Positions 8,876 to 16,504 are shown, counted from the stretch's first letter. The stretch is DNA of 16,504 nucleotides from a virus (IMGVR_UViG_2778261083_000002), one strand, 5' to 3'. Program-made: numbers and translations. Notes: generated from the letters alone by a model not told the origin.

Positions 8876-9640
8876 TTAATCAACGATTGTGATACCGTCT
8901 TTCAATGCGTTTTGCTTACCTGCAACATCCAGTGCATCAAAAGCAGAGCGTTTCATCGTTTTCTGACCAATATCATGCTGTGTCGGACGGGAGCCGCCGC
9001 CATTGTTGCCACTGGCTTTCAGGATGTAGTCTTTCTGAGGGTAATTTTCGACAAGGAACTCCAGCGCCTCATCAAACTGCGCCAGTTCGCCAGGCTTCGC
9101 GCGGGAATAAATTTTGTTGCCGGAAGCGTCATAAGCAACGATCTTCCCTTCTTCCACTTTGAATGCCTGCCCGAAGCGGGCTTGTAATAAATCTGCCGGG
9201 ATCGCAATTTTATCGGCAATATATTTTGAACCCGCAAAACTACCGCCAATCATAGAATCGTAAAGCTGCGTCTCCAGCATCTGAGAGCGTTGCTTTTCTT
9301 CATCTAATTGCTGCTGAAAATTTTTCGTAATTTCTGCCTTAACCTGGTCAACCTGTCCCGCATCGATCAGCTTTTTCTGGTCGATTTTTAACAGCATTTC
9401 CAGTGCCTCGATCGCCTTCTTCGGGTCTTCGATAGCGGCAAACTTAGCCAGTTTTTCCTCTGCAGCTTCTTTAGCCAGGCGATGATTTTTTGCCTCGCCA
9501 TTAAGCTCTGTAATTTTTTTTATCGCCAGCGGTGCATCGAAGCCGATTTCTTTACCATCGTCGTGCACATAAACTGGCAGGCCAGCAGTATCAATTTCTG
9601 CGTATTGTTTTCCGTTAATCTCGACCGTTTTCAGTTTCAT
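8876..9640 (-). CDS. Scaffolding protein (putative)
   Basis: Charged, coiled-coil-like protein (KAEITKNFQQQLDEEKQRSQMLETQLYD) immediately upstream of the capsid gene. Likely start is ATG 9640 (MKLKTVEINGKQ...), because the track start at 9712 would lie inside the upstream terminator hairpin. Confidence 0.65.
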   Translation of the reverse strand: MKLKTVEINGKQYAEIDTAGLPVYVHDDGKEIGFDAPLAIKKITELNGEAKNHRLAKEAAEEKLAKFAAIEDPKKAIEALEMLLKIDQKKLIDAGQVDQVKAEITKNFQQQLDEEKQRSQMLETQLYDSMIGGSFAGSKYIADKIAIPADLLQARFGQAFKVEEGKIVAYDASGNKIYSRAKPGELAQFDEALEFLVENYPQKDYILKASGNNGGGSRPTQHDIGQKTMKRSAFDALDVAGKQNALKDGITIVD

Positions 9641-9696
9641 ATTAGTACCTGGTTTAAGTCTTCCGACAGTTACGCTGCTCACCATCCGGATCGCAG

Positions 9697-9725
9697 CAAT
9701 AAAAAAGGCCACCCGAAGGTAGCCT
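9697..9725 (-). terminator. Terminator/attenuator-like hairpin between the MuF-like and scaffold genes
   Basis: Minus strand: imperfect stem (plus 9706-9713 pairing with 9718-9725, one C.A mismatch, loop CGAA on the plus strand) followed by UUUUUUAUU. Located 20 nt after the MuF-like gene stop. Confidence 0.45.
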
Positions 9726-9744
9726 GTTGTAATAAATGATTTAT

Positions 9745-10860
9745 TTAAATCCCTGCTTTTCTGAATACCTGTGCATCACGCTCACGGAGTTGCTTCAGCG
9801 TCAGCCATTCGCCTTTATCGGTGTAAAATTCATCTGGCGACATACCGCCATCCCGAATCAGCTTTGCCCGGGTTTCCCCCACAATCTGTTTTTGTCTGGT
9901 GTAAGGCTGACGCAAAAACCATTCCCTGTAGGTTGTATCTCCGGCCACCACGCCATCCATGCTGGCCCGCTCAGCCGGGGAAATATCACGAACATCAATA
10001 CCCAGTTCCTTCGCTGATTTCAGAATGAACGTTTCCGTTGAGCGGCAGCAGAAATGAATTTTTCCCGGCCCATGCAAATAAGGCACACTGTGACCTACAG
10101 GTTTATTATCCAGCGTATATTTGAGGCGATCCCTGATTCGACATTGTGGCGTAGTACGATTATCAAGCGTTGATAACCATTGCTTACCCTTAATCAAATC
10201 ATTATTCGCGCTGGCAAAACTCTCACGGGCAGTAGCAGCAAGATGTCCAACCGCTGTTTTTGCAATGCTGGCCGCATTAGCCCGGCTCATCTGCAATGCA
10301 CCATCCTGAAATCCCTTGCTGACATGTCCCCGAATTTTTCTTGCGATCTGCTCATTGGTATCCCCCAGCAAAAAACCCTGACGCACCGTATTTGTTATGC
10401 GTCTGAGCCGATCCGCCTCAAGATCCAAGGCCCACTCACTGAGCAGTCGTCCCTGGAATGGTCGCGCCATTGCAGCGGCGTAAAGTGCATCAGAAGATAT
10501 ACCAACCAGAGGGTGAACATCAGCAACAAAATCAGGTAGCAGAGAATCAAACAGACTTAACTGATAACCAGCCTCATAAATTGCCAGCTCGTTCAGCTCT
10601 CCGGAGAGACTGGTAAACATGCTGTTAATAGCAGCGCGGTTAACCTCTCTGACACTCGCCAGAAGTGACTCCAGGCGCGTAACGGTAAAACTACCAGGAT
10701 CGAGGCTGTCCAGTGCTACCAGCAGGCGAGCTGTAAGCTCCGCATCGCTGTCATTCAGTATTTTCACCATTCTGGCAGCCACACCAGTGCTATAGCGGGA
10801 TATCCAGACTGCATGAGCAATTGATTCATCACGCAGCCGTTCATTCACGGTTTGCATCAT
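9745..10860 (-). CDS. Phage head morphogenesis protein, Mu F-like / SPP1 gp7-like
   Basis: 371-aa ORF immediately downstream of the portal gene. The segment WLSTLDNRTTPQCRIRDRL...GKIHFCCRST resembles the conserved core of Mu F-like minor head proteins. Its start overlaps the portal 3' end by 20 nt. Confidence 0.7.
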   Translation of the reverse strand: MMQTVNERLRDESIAHAVWISRYSTGVAARMVKILNDSDAELTARLLVALDSLDPGSFTVTRLESLLASVREVNRAAINSMFTSLSGELNELAIYEAGYQLSLFDSLLPDFVADVHPLVGISSDALYAAAMARPFQGRLLSEWALDLEADRLRRITNTVRQGFLLGDTNEQIARKIRGHVSKGFQDGALQMSRANAASIAKTAVGHLAATARESFASANNDLIKGKQWLSTLDNRTTPQCRIRDRLKYTLDNKPVGHSVPYLHGPGKIHFCCRSTETFILKSAKELGIDVRDISPAERASMDGVVAGDTTYREWFLRQPYTRQKQIVGETRAKLIRDGGMSPDEFYTDKGEWLTLKQLRERDAQVFRKAGI

Positions 10861-12247
10861 TGATTTCCATCAACATTACACTCTGATTTTTTAATTCATC
10901 GATCACATCCTCTGGACGGGAATCCTGATCGATAAATTTCAACGCCTGCAACACCCGAACCGCATCAATCTGACGTATATCACCGCCCTGACGCAATGAC
11001 TGAACAGCCAGCGCGGAGGATGAGTCAAACACCTGGGCAGATACATCCAGTTCAGTGCGCACATCCACATTGCCACCGCAACTCTCTCCGCTCCATTCCG
11101 CCATTATCTGGAGAATATTATCGAGGGCATCTTCGAGGGAGTTCGCCATTGTATAAAGCGGCGAGTGTTCCTGCATCCGCTCTTCATTAGTCTGATCAAC
11201 AGATTTGGTGGATGTATTTTCAGCCCGCAGAAGTTTAGCGCCGGCATGACGCATCTGATTTTCCAGCTTCTCAAGTGATGTTTCGCCAGATTCTATCGCT
11301 GCGCCACTATGTTCAACATATTCGAGGCCATTTTTTGTTCTGTCCTCAAAAATCGTAGCCGTGGATGCACCAACCGTCAGTTCTTCATTCCTGTCCAGCC
11401 CGTAGGCCACCAGCAATGGAACGCGGGCAACATGAAGAATATTGTCCTGCTCGCTCTGGCTTTGCCAGTGCTTGATATTCAGCAAGCCAAGATTAAGCAA
11501 TGGCGGTGTACCACGCATAAACCCTGTTTTCTTCGTATACAGTGTTACCAGAGGAATATCATCACGGCTGGTATTCCATGACTCATGAAGCATCCAGACA
11601 GATTCGCCATTAGTACCTTCGCTGCGTCGATAAATTTCTACTCGACGGGGCATAATATGGCGGATCTGCTCCACCTTCTTCTGCCCGAAATCATCACCAT
11701 CAATAATGATGACCTCTTTTATACGCAAATCAGTGAGAACAACTTTCCCTTTTTCAACTTTCGATTTCCATCCAATAACCTGGCGTGGATTCAGCATCGT
11801 AACGTACGGGCGACCACCGGCCGCGTTTTCATCGGCTTTTGTCCGAATCTCGTTCATATCCGTTCGTGGATAGTCCACCAGCGCATGTGCCACACCATAC
11901 TGAAATGCGAGACTGAAAAATTGCTGCGCCCACACATCCAGTCGGCTCCCCTCCATGTCGATATTTTCTGCATATTCCCTGATTTTTTCCGGCGTTTCCT
12001 CACTCAATACTGTCGGCTCTGCAAATATGCGCCCAATATTTTGTTTGATGCTTTCTTCATACACAGGAAGTAACGTAGCCACAGACAGGCGTTTTTTATA
12101 AGCGTCTTCATCTTCATTAGGCCATTTGGGGAGATAATTTTCCCCCTGCCTGCGCATTTCAAGCGTACCGCCCATCAATGCGTCGTTAATATCCCACGCC
12201 TCCAGCATATCGTTATAGTCGAGGTTGGGTGTTGATATATCAGCCAT
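10841..12247 (-). CDS. Portal protein
   Basis: 468-aa ORF directly after the terminase large subunit (TAATTATG junction) and before the MuF-like gene, the canonical portal position. Size fits portal proteins. Family not identified. Confidence 0.8.
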   Translation of the reverse strand: MADISTPNLDYNDMLEAWDINDALMGGTLEMRRQGENYLPKWPNEDEDAYKKRLSVATLLPVYEESIKQNIGRIFAEPTVLSEETPEKIREYAENIDMEGSRLDVWAQQFFSLAFQYGVAHALVDYPRTDMNEIRTKADENAAGGRPYVTMLNPRQVIGWKSKVEKGKVVLTDLRIKEVIIIDGDDFGQKKVEQIRHIMPRRVEIYRRSEGTNGESVWMLHESWNTSRDDIPLVTLYTKKTGFMRGTPPLLNLGLLNIKHWQSQSEQDNILHVARVPLLVAYGLDRNEELTVGASTATIFEDRTKNGLEYVEHSGAAIESGETSLEKLENQMRHAGAKLLRAENTSTKSVDQTNEERMQEHSPLYTMANSLEDALDNILQIMAEWSGESCGGNVDVRTELDVSAQVFDSSSALAVQSLRQGGDIRQIDAVRVLQALKFIDQDSRPEDVIDELKNQSVMLMEINDANRE

Positions 12248-12249
12248 AA

Positions 12250-13551
12250 TTAAATCCGAAGTGATGTGACTCTTCCGGTCGGTTTGACAATAGGGAATTG
12301 CTTAACGATGAAATAACCTCCGGCATCATTCGGGTGATCATTGCCAGATTTTTTATCAGGCTCCCCCTTATCATCCCAGACCTGTTGCTCCAGAGATTCG
12401 GCATATACCGGACAACGCTTCACATTAACTTTATAGCGACGCTCACCATTGGCATTGCAGAACATTGCATTCATTGAGTTAACGCGATCTTTTACTGGCG
12501 GGTTCGAGCTGTTCACCACAACGTTAAAACCTGCCTGCTTAAGCTGGGCTATATCCGTCGTACTTGCGTTACTTGATTTTCTGGAATCTCCGGAAGCATC
12601 TGGATAAATATAAATCTCCCTCACTTTCCGGTAATCATGCCCGTCATACAGCCAGAAGCGTTCTTTAATGAGGCGGATCATATCCGGCGTATCGTAGGCA
12701 TTGATGATTTCAGTTACCGCACATGGAAGCCCCAAACGCAGCACATGGACGATTCCCGCCATCTTTCCAACGTTAAAATCCATCCCAATATAAATCGGCT
12801 CCCCTGGCTGCTCCACTTCTTCGCAATTATTCAGTTTCCGGTCAAACTGATGGTAAACAGTACCACTTGTCAGGTTAGTAAACCGTCCTAGAAGATAGGC
12901 TTTAATCAGCTCTGGAGGGTATGATTCAAGAAGTGAAGGAATGTAATCTGCTGGCAGGTTCTTTTCATTATCGAAAGTAGATGCCTGCACCAGACCATAC
13001 AGTGAGGCCAGCTCTGTTTTTTCACGCACGGCTTTAACAAACTGCTCGTAGACAAATTTGAATCCTTCCGGCGTGGTTGTAACGTCAATACCGTTGCGAA
13101 GTCCATCAATCTTATAACGCATACGCGCAATTATCTTGCGCCACGCCGTTCTGGCTTTTTCCTTCGGCAAAATGTCCAGTTCATCCACCAGCGCATTACC
13201 AATTTTGAAACCGACGATCGTTTGTGGCTTCTCCATCGATCTGCAGATAGTGGTTCCCCGATACTGGCGTCCGTAATAAAAGTGAACCTCTTTATTTCCC
13301 TCATTAATTTTTACGTTCAATCCCCAGTCAGCAGCAACTTCTTCCACTGTAGGGTAAAAAATATCGCGAATTTGGGGATACGTTGGCGCAAAATATCCCT
13401 GATTTATACCTGGATGCTCCCAAATCCCCTTGCATATGCCGCCACACCCAACCCATGTTTTGCCCGAGCCAAAACCAGCAATATAGGCTTTAAATTTATG
13501 GGGCATTGAAAGAAATCGCGCCTGAGGCACATTAAGCGTCGGAGAGATCAT
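12250..13551 (-). CDS. Terminase large subunit
   Basis: Walker A AGFGSGKT near the N-terminus, Walker B-like LVDELD, and a C-terminal nuclease-like region (IYIGMDFN). Preferred start is ATG 13551 (MISPTLNV...) with AAGGAG 8 nt upstream; the track start at 13560 is GTG. Overlaps the terS 3' end by 20 nt. Confidence 0.9.
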   Translation of the reverse strand: MISPTLNVPQARFLSMPHKFKAYIAGFGSGKTWVGCGGICKGIWEHPGINQGYFAPTYPQIRDIFYPTVEEVAADWGLNVKINEGNKEVHFYYGRQYRGTTICRSMEKPQTIVGFKIGNALVDELDILPKEKARTAWRKIIARMRYKIDGLRNGIDVTTTPEGFKFVYEQFVKAVREKTELASLYGLVQASTFDNEKNLPADYIPSLLESYPPELIKAYLLGRFTNLTSGTVYHQFDRKLNNCEEVEQPGEPIYIGMDFNVGKMAGIVHVLRLGLPCAVTEIINAYDTPDMIRLIKERFWLYDGHDYRKVREIYIYPDASGDSRKSSNASTTDIAQLKQAGFNVVVNSSNPPVKDRVNSMNAMFCNANGERRYKVNVKRCPVYAESLEQQVWDDKGEPDKKSGNDHPNDAGGYFIVKQFPIVKPTGRVTSLRI

Positions 13552-14626
13552 CTTCATCACTCCTTAATCTGGCATCAACCACATTAATATTGATCGCCAC
13601 AGGCTGGGGATGTTCATTATCCTCCACCGTTTCGATCTCTTTGCGCAGCTTCTGGTTCTCTATTCTGCGCCGTTCAATTTCCAGTTCCTGTAGCCGCTTA
13701 TCTGCACATAATGCCCCGCCAGCAGAAAGCAAACGCAACAATTCACGCCGGGCGGCAGCCTTATCCTCCAGCAGGATCTCAACACCGTATTTTCCGAGCT
13801 TTGACCCTGCATATAATTGCCGCGCATCCCCATCAAGCAGTGTGGTATCAGCCATATAAAGCTGTCCTGTTCCCTCACCGCAGCACTTCGGGCAATCAGG
13901 ATTGGGTATGGCGTTATCAACAAAGCCGAGGCCTCCATATTCCGGCTCGGGTTTACCATCTCTGGAGGCCTGTGCCGCAGCCTTATCGAATTCTGCAATA
14001 TCACGCCACTGGTAGAGATGATTCTCGCCCCAGCAATAACGGCAGTTAACACGGCGAAATTGTGCCAACTGATTGGGGTCGGCCTGGACAATGGCCATCA
14101 ACTGGCTCACCAGTAAATCCAGGTCTGCGGTATAGCGTTTCTGGTACTGATTGCGGAAGTAGCTGATAGCACGATAAACCCTGGCATTTCTAAGCATACG
14201 GCTGGCGTTGCTGTTAGCTGTCGCACCTTGCCCCTCATAACCAGCCAGTCGGTATGCCTCTGTCGGCTTTTTCCCCTGAGCAACCAACATGGCGAATTTT
14301 GCCTGCTGGTCAGAAATACCGAATTCATCGGGGCAGAACGAAATTTCTTCCGTGTCCCCCTCAATCAGGAGTGCATCGGATACAGCCTTTTTTTTCTGAG
14401 ATTTTCCGTTCTGCCTTTGCGCAGTCTGCGCAGTTTTTTTTCGCGCACTTTTTTGCGCAGTTTTGCGCATTTCTTTCTGCGCATTTTTCGGAGTTTTTTT
14501 GATGTAACGACGGGCTGTTGCGTAGTTCAGTCCCCTTGCTTCACACCATGCCACCGGAGATATACCGGAGCGGGTGTATTCAGCAATATACTCCTGCTGC
14601 AACGCCCCCCAGTCCGGTCTGCTCAT
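13532..14626 (-). CDS. Terminase small subunit, atypically long (364 aa)
   Basis: Central segment QQAKFAMLVAQGKKPTEAYRLAGYEGQGATANSNASRML resembles the HTH core of small terminase subunits. It is preceded by a second, similar HTH-like N-terminal segment (YIAEYTRSGISPVAWCEARGLNYATARRYI) and a Lys/Ala/Gln-rich linker, and followed by a Cys4 motif (CRYCWGE ... CPKCCGEG). Directly upstream of the large subunit. Confidence 0.8.
   Translation of the reverse strand: MSRPDWGALQQEYIAEYTRSGISPVAWCEARGLNYATARRYIKKTPKNAQKEMRKTAQKSARKKTAQTAQRQNGKSQKKKAVSDALLIEGDTEEISFCPDEFGISDQQAKFAMLVAQGKKPTEAYRLAGYEGQGATANSNASRMLRNARVYRAISYFRNQYQKRYTADLDLLVSQLMAIVQADPNQLAQFRRVNCRYCWGENHLYQWRDIAEFDKAAAQASRDGKPEPEYGGLGFVDNAIPNPDCPKCCGEGTGQLYMADTTLLDGDARQLYAGSKLGKYGVEILLEDKAAARRELLRLLSAGGALCADKRLQELEIERRRIENQKLRKEIETVEDNEHPQPVAININVVDARLRSDEDDLSDA
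14418..14483. repeat. Array of six TGCGCA-type palindromic hexamers separated by T/A homopolymer tracts, inside the terS 5' region
   Basis: TGCGCA at 14418, 14427, 14454, 14464 and 14478, plus CGCGCA at 14442. Spacings are 9-15 bp, with T7-T8 runs at 14390-14397, 14434-14441 and 14494-14500. Extended consensus is TYTGCGCAK. Confidence 0.7.
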
Positions 14627-14629
14627 CAG

Positions 14630-14881
14630 TTAGTCCTGATTTTTATCCACCCTGAGTAGTTCGCGCAGAGCAAAGGCATCCCCTTTTCTGGCAAGCTTAA
14701 ACAATGCCGCTCGTAACTCGGCTTCACCTTTCGCTCTGCCCTTACGGATGGCCGCATAAAAATCTGTCATTGCTTCCCGATTTTCTTTCAGTCGGTTCAG
14801 ATCAACATCCAGAACGTCAGCGATTTGTTGTGCAGTCATCCGGCACGCTGCCAGAGACTCGACTTTCGAATACGGAATCAT
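14630..14881 (-). CDS. Small HTH-like protein (about 69-83 aa), function unknown
   Basis: ORF immediately upstream of terS. The segment MTAQQIADVLDVDLNRLKENRE resembles the N-terminal HTH of lambda Nu1-type small terminase or excisionase-like proteins. Start is ambiguous (14881 or ATG 14839), and it overlaps the 3' end of the upstream gene in another frame. Confidence 0.55.
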   Translation of the reverse strand: MIPYSKVESLAACRMTAQQIADVLDVDLNRLKENREAMTDFYAAIRKGRAKGEAELRAALFKLARKGDAFALRELLRVDKNQD

Positions 14882-15749
14882 TTGTCACCCCCATTGATAT
14901 GCAGGGTGTCTTCTTCCTGTATTTTTCGTGAAGGATTTTTACTGCAGCGTTGTTCCAGGTGACCTGATGGTGAATGCGTTTATGGCTGGCACCCATCAGT
15001 GAGATTTTTACGCACGACGGCGAATACATGACGGAGTAAAAACTTTTAACGTAGGTTCCGGAATCCAGATACAGCTCGGTCATTCCGCCGCTGTTTTTCT
15101 GCGTCTGTTTCTGCCCTAACTGGACAGCACCGATCGTCATAAACAATTCACCACAGCGACCGAGATTCGTGTACGTATTCACATCCTCGTTAATGCGCCC
15201 CATGAATGAGAACGGTCGATCAACCGAACAGATAAAGCTGTTCATTGCCTTGCGTTTCACCCACGAAGCATGGCCGCCATTGTCACCAAGAAAATCCCCG
15301 CCCTGCGACATAGCGATGGAAAGCGCGGGTATTGATTCGTAATACGCCAGCATTTCAGAAAGGATCGCATCCAGTTTCCTTATCGGGAAATAGGCCTGGT
15401 CATAGTTGCGATCCACCCGAAACTGGAACTCGTGAAAATCATCATCGAGCTGAATGAAGTATTTACACCCGACCAGTTTTGCCAGGTCGAAACAGGCATT
15501 ACGGGCGTAAAAAATTGAGCGGCGATCACCAAAATTATCGGCTTCGTCAAAACGACTGGCAATATCGGCTTTGGAAAATACCAGCACCTGTTCACCAAAT
15601 TCAGCCATGTACTGATGCCGTGTCTTATCTTCATCATCAACAACGATAAAAATTTTCCCGGTATAGCCAGCACGACGCAACGTCCGGTAAGTCAGAACTT
15701 TGTCCGGTCGCCCGTGAGTCAGAATAAAGGCGCAAAAATCATCACGCAT
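14817..15749 (-). CDS. Putative GT-A-like (DxD motif) nucleotide-sugar transferase; function unknown
   Basis: About 310 aa. Contains beta-strand-like FCAFILTHGRPD, an acidic-ended strand KIFIVVDDED, and YFIQLDDDF (DxD) with spacing reminiscent of the GT-A fold. Preferred start is ATG 15749 (MRDDF...), preceded by GGAGGAGGAGGAA, and it overlaps the ParB-like stop (ATGCGTGA). The in-frame track start at 15773 is an alternative. Confidence 0.6.
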   Translation of the reverse strand: MRDDFCAFILTHGRPDKVLTYRTLRRAGYTGKIFIVVDDEDKTRHQYMAEFGEQVLVFSKADIASRFDEADNFGDRRSIFYARNACFDLAKLVGCKYFIQLDDDFHEFQFRVDRNYDQAYFPIRKLDAILSEMLAYYESIPALSIAMSQGGDFLGDNGGHASWVKRKAMNSFICSVDRPFSFMGRINEDVNTYTNLGRCGELFMTIGAVQLGQKQTQKNSGGMTELYLDSGTYVKSFYSVMYSPSCVKISLMGASHKRIHHQVTWNNAAVKILHEKYRKKTPCISMGVTNDSVFESRVSGSVPDDCTTNR

Positions 15750-16497
15750 ATTCCTCCTCCTCCTCCCCGCCATGCATGATCTCCACCATGCGCTGCGTCA
15801 TTCGGACAAATCCATTTTCAATAGCCTGCTGATAATCAATGATCACCAGCGCCGACTCCTCGAAAAGGCACTGAATTTCAGCGGGGGCATGAGCGTAATA
15901 GTCCGCAATTCTGCTGAAATTAAACACTGTGTGACGTTCTGCCGCACACAGGAGGAATTTCTCAATATCAGGATCAAGGGACGCCGAACGTATCCGGCTG
16001 ATCAGCTCCTGAGTTTTCGTATCGTCGTACAGTTCACTGATATCCGGTTTACCGCCCGACGGCTCATAAACAGGCGTATCAATTTTCGTCGTATACGGCT
16101 CCTCCTCATTTCCTGTACCGGGCAAAACATCCGTCAACAGTTCATCAATTTCTGTCGGGATGAAGCCTGTCAGGGAGACATCAAAATCAGCATTGATTAG
16201 GTCCGACAGCTCCATCCGCAACAGATCTTCATCCCAGCCAGCATTCATCGGCAGGCGATTATCTGCCAGGCGGTACGCCTTTTTCTGCTCATCCGTCAGG
16301 CCAGACAGAACAATGACCGGAACAGAATCCATTTTGAGCATTTCAGCCGCCATAACACGACCGTGACCCGCAATAATTTCGCCCTTTTCGTCAATCAGCA
16401 CCGGATTAGTCCAGCCGAATTGCTTAAGGAAGGTGCGAACAAGTTCCTGATATGAGATCATCATATTCATCCGGAGCGCATCCCAGAGGGACATCAT
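15742..16497 (-). CDS. ParB-like nuclease-domain protein; N-terminus may extend beyond the window end
   Basis: N-terminal segment PVLIDEKGEIIAGHGRVMAAEMLKMDSVPVIVLSGLTDEQKKAYRLADNR resembles the ParB/sulfiredoxin nuclease domain (GxxR box). Acidic C-terminal tail GGEEEEEYA. The frame is still open for the two codons between 16497 and the window edge. Confidence 0.7.
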   Translation of the reverse strand: MMSLWDALRMNMMISYQELVRTFLKQFGWTNPVLIDEKGEIIAGHGRVMAAEMLKMDSVPVIVLSGLTDEQKKAYRLADNRLPMNAGWDEDLLRMELSDLINADFDVSLTGFIPTEIDELLTDVLPGTGNEEEPYTTKIDTPVYEPSGGKPDISELYDDTKTQELISRIRSASLDPDIEKFLLCAAERHTVFNFSRIADYYAHAPAEIQCLFEESALVIIDYQQAIENGFVRMTQRMVEIMHGGEEEEEYA

Positions 16498-16504
16498 GAG
16501 CCAT

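Noticed and set aside
8195-9249. ORFs 8195-8506 (-), 8825-9187 (+), 8905-9162 (+) and 9019-9249 (-) in the capsid/scaffold region
   Set aside because: Alternate-frame or antisense overlaps with the capsid and scaffold genes. Cys/Arg/Leu-rich translations give no support.
9482-12073. Plus-strand ORFs antisense to the scaffold, MuF-like and portal genes (9482-9739, 9736-10017, 9771-10028, 10121-10309, 10180-10539, 10996-11190, 11309-11581, 11585-12073)
   Set aside because: Every one is fully contained in a minus-strand structural gene. No intergenic space or start signals.
12637-14659. ORFs overlapping the terminase genes on either strand (12637-12891, 12906-13130, 13222-13509, 13590-13859, 13660-14091, 13711-14049, 13817-14116, 14107-14364, 14228-14659, 14254-14502)
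   Set aside because: Nested in or antisense to terL and terS. The F/L/R/S-rich translation of 14228-14659 simply mirrors the TGCGCA/T-tract repeat on the opposite strand.
15380-16366. ORFs 15380-15673 (-), 15772-16200 (+) and 16160-16366 (+)
   Set aside because: Alternate-frame or antisense to the ParB-like and transferase genes. No supporting signals.
1-16504. Searched for CRISPR repeats, tRNA-like cloverleaf regions, integrase or attachment-site direct repeats, and IS terminal inverted repeats
   Set aside because: None seen by eye. The only repeat structure found is the short TGCGCA array and the internal protein repeats of the tape measure gene. A computational repeat or tRNA scan would be needed to exclude them rigorously.

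Overview
This 16.5-kb window is almost entirely one minus-strand operon: the late (DNA packaging, head, tail) module of a lambdoid siphovirus prophage, probably in an enterobacterial host. All calls rest on reading the six-frame translations and the DNA by eye; protein similarities (lambda L, M, H) are recalled from memory, and no database search, HMM or folding computation was run. In transcription order (right to left): a ParB-like nuclease-domain protein, a DxD-motif putative GT-A-like transferase, a small HTH protein, an unusually long terminase small subunit, terminase large subunit, portal, MuF-like head morphogenesis protein, scaffold, major capsid protein, five small connector/completion genes, major tail protein, G/GT tail chaperones with an A_AAA_AAG -1 frameshift site, tape measure protein, and lambda-like minor tail proteins M and L (L cut by the window edge). 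Genes are tightly packed with overlapping stop/start codons, and three intrinsic terminator-like hairpins sit at module boundaries. No rRNA, tRNA, CRISPR array, integrase or att site was seen. Plus-strand ORFs in the track are antisense to these genes and are treated as spurious. The best candidates for something undescribed are the ParB-like/DxD-transferase/HTH trio upstream of terS and the array of TGCGCA palindromes phased by A-tracts inside the 5' part of terS.
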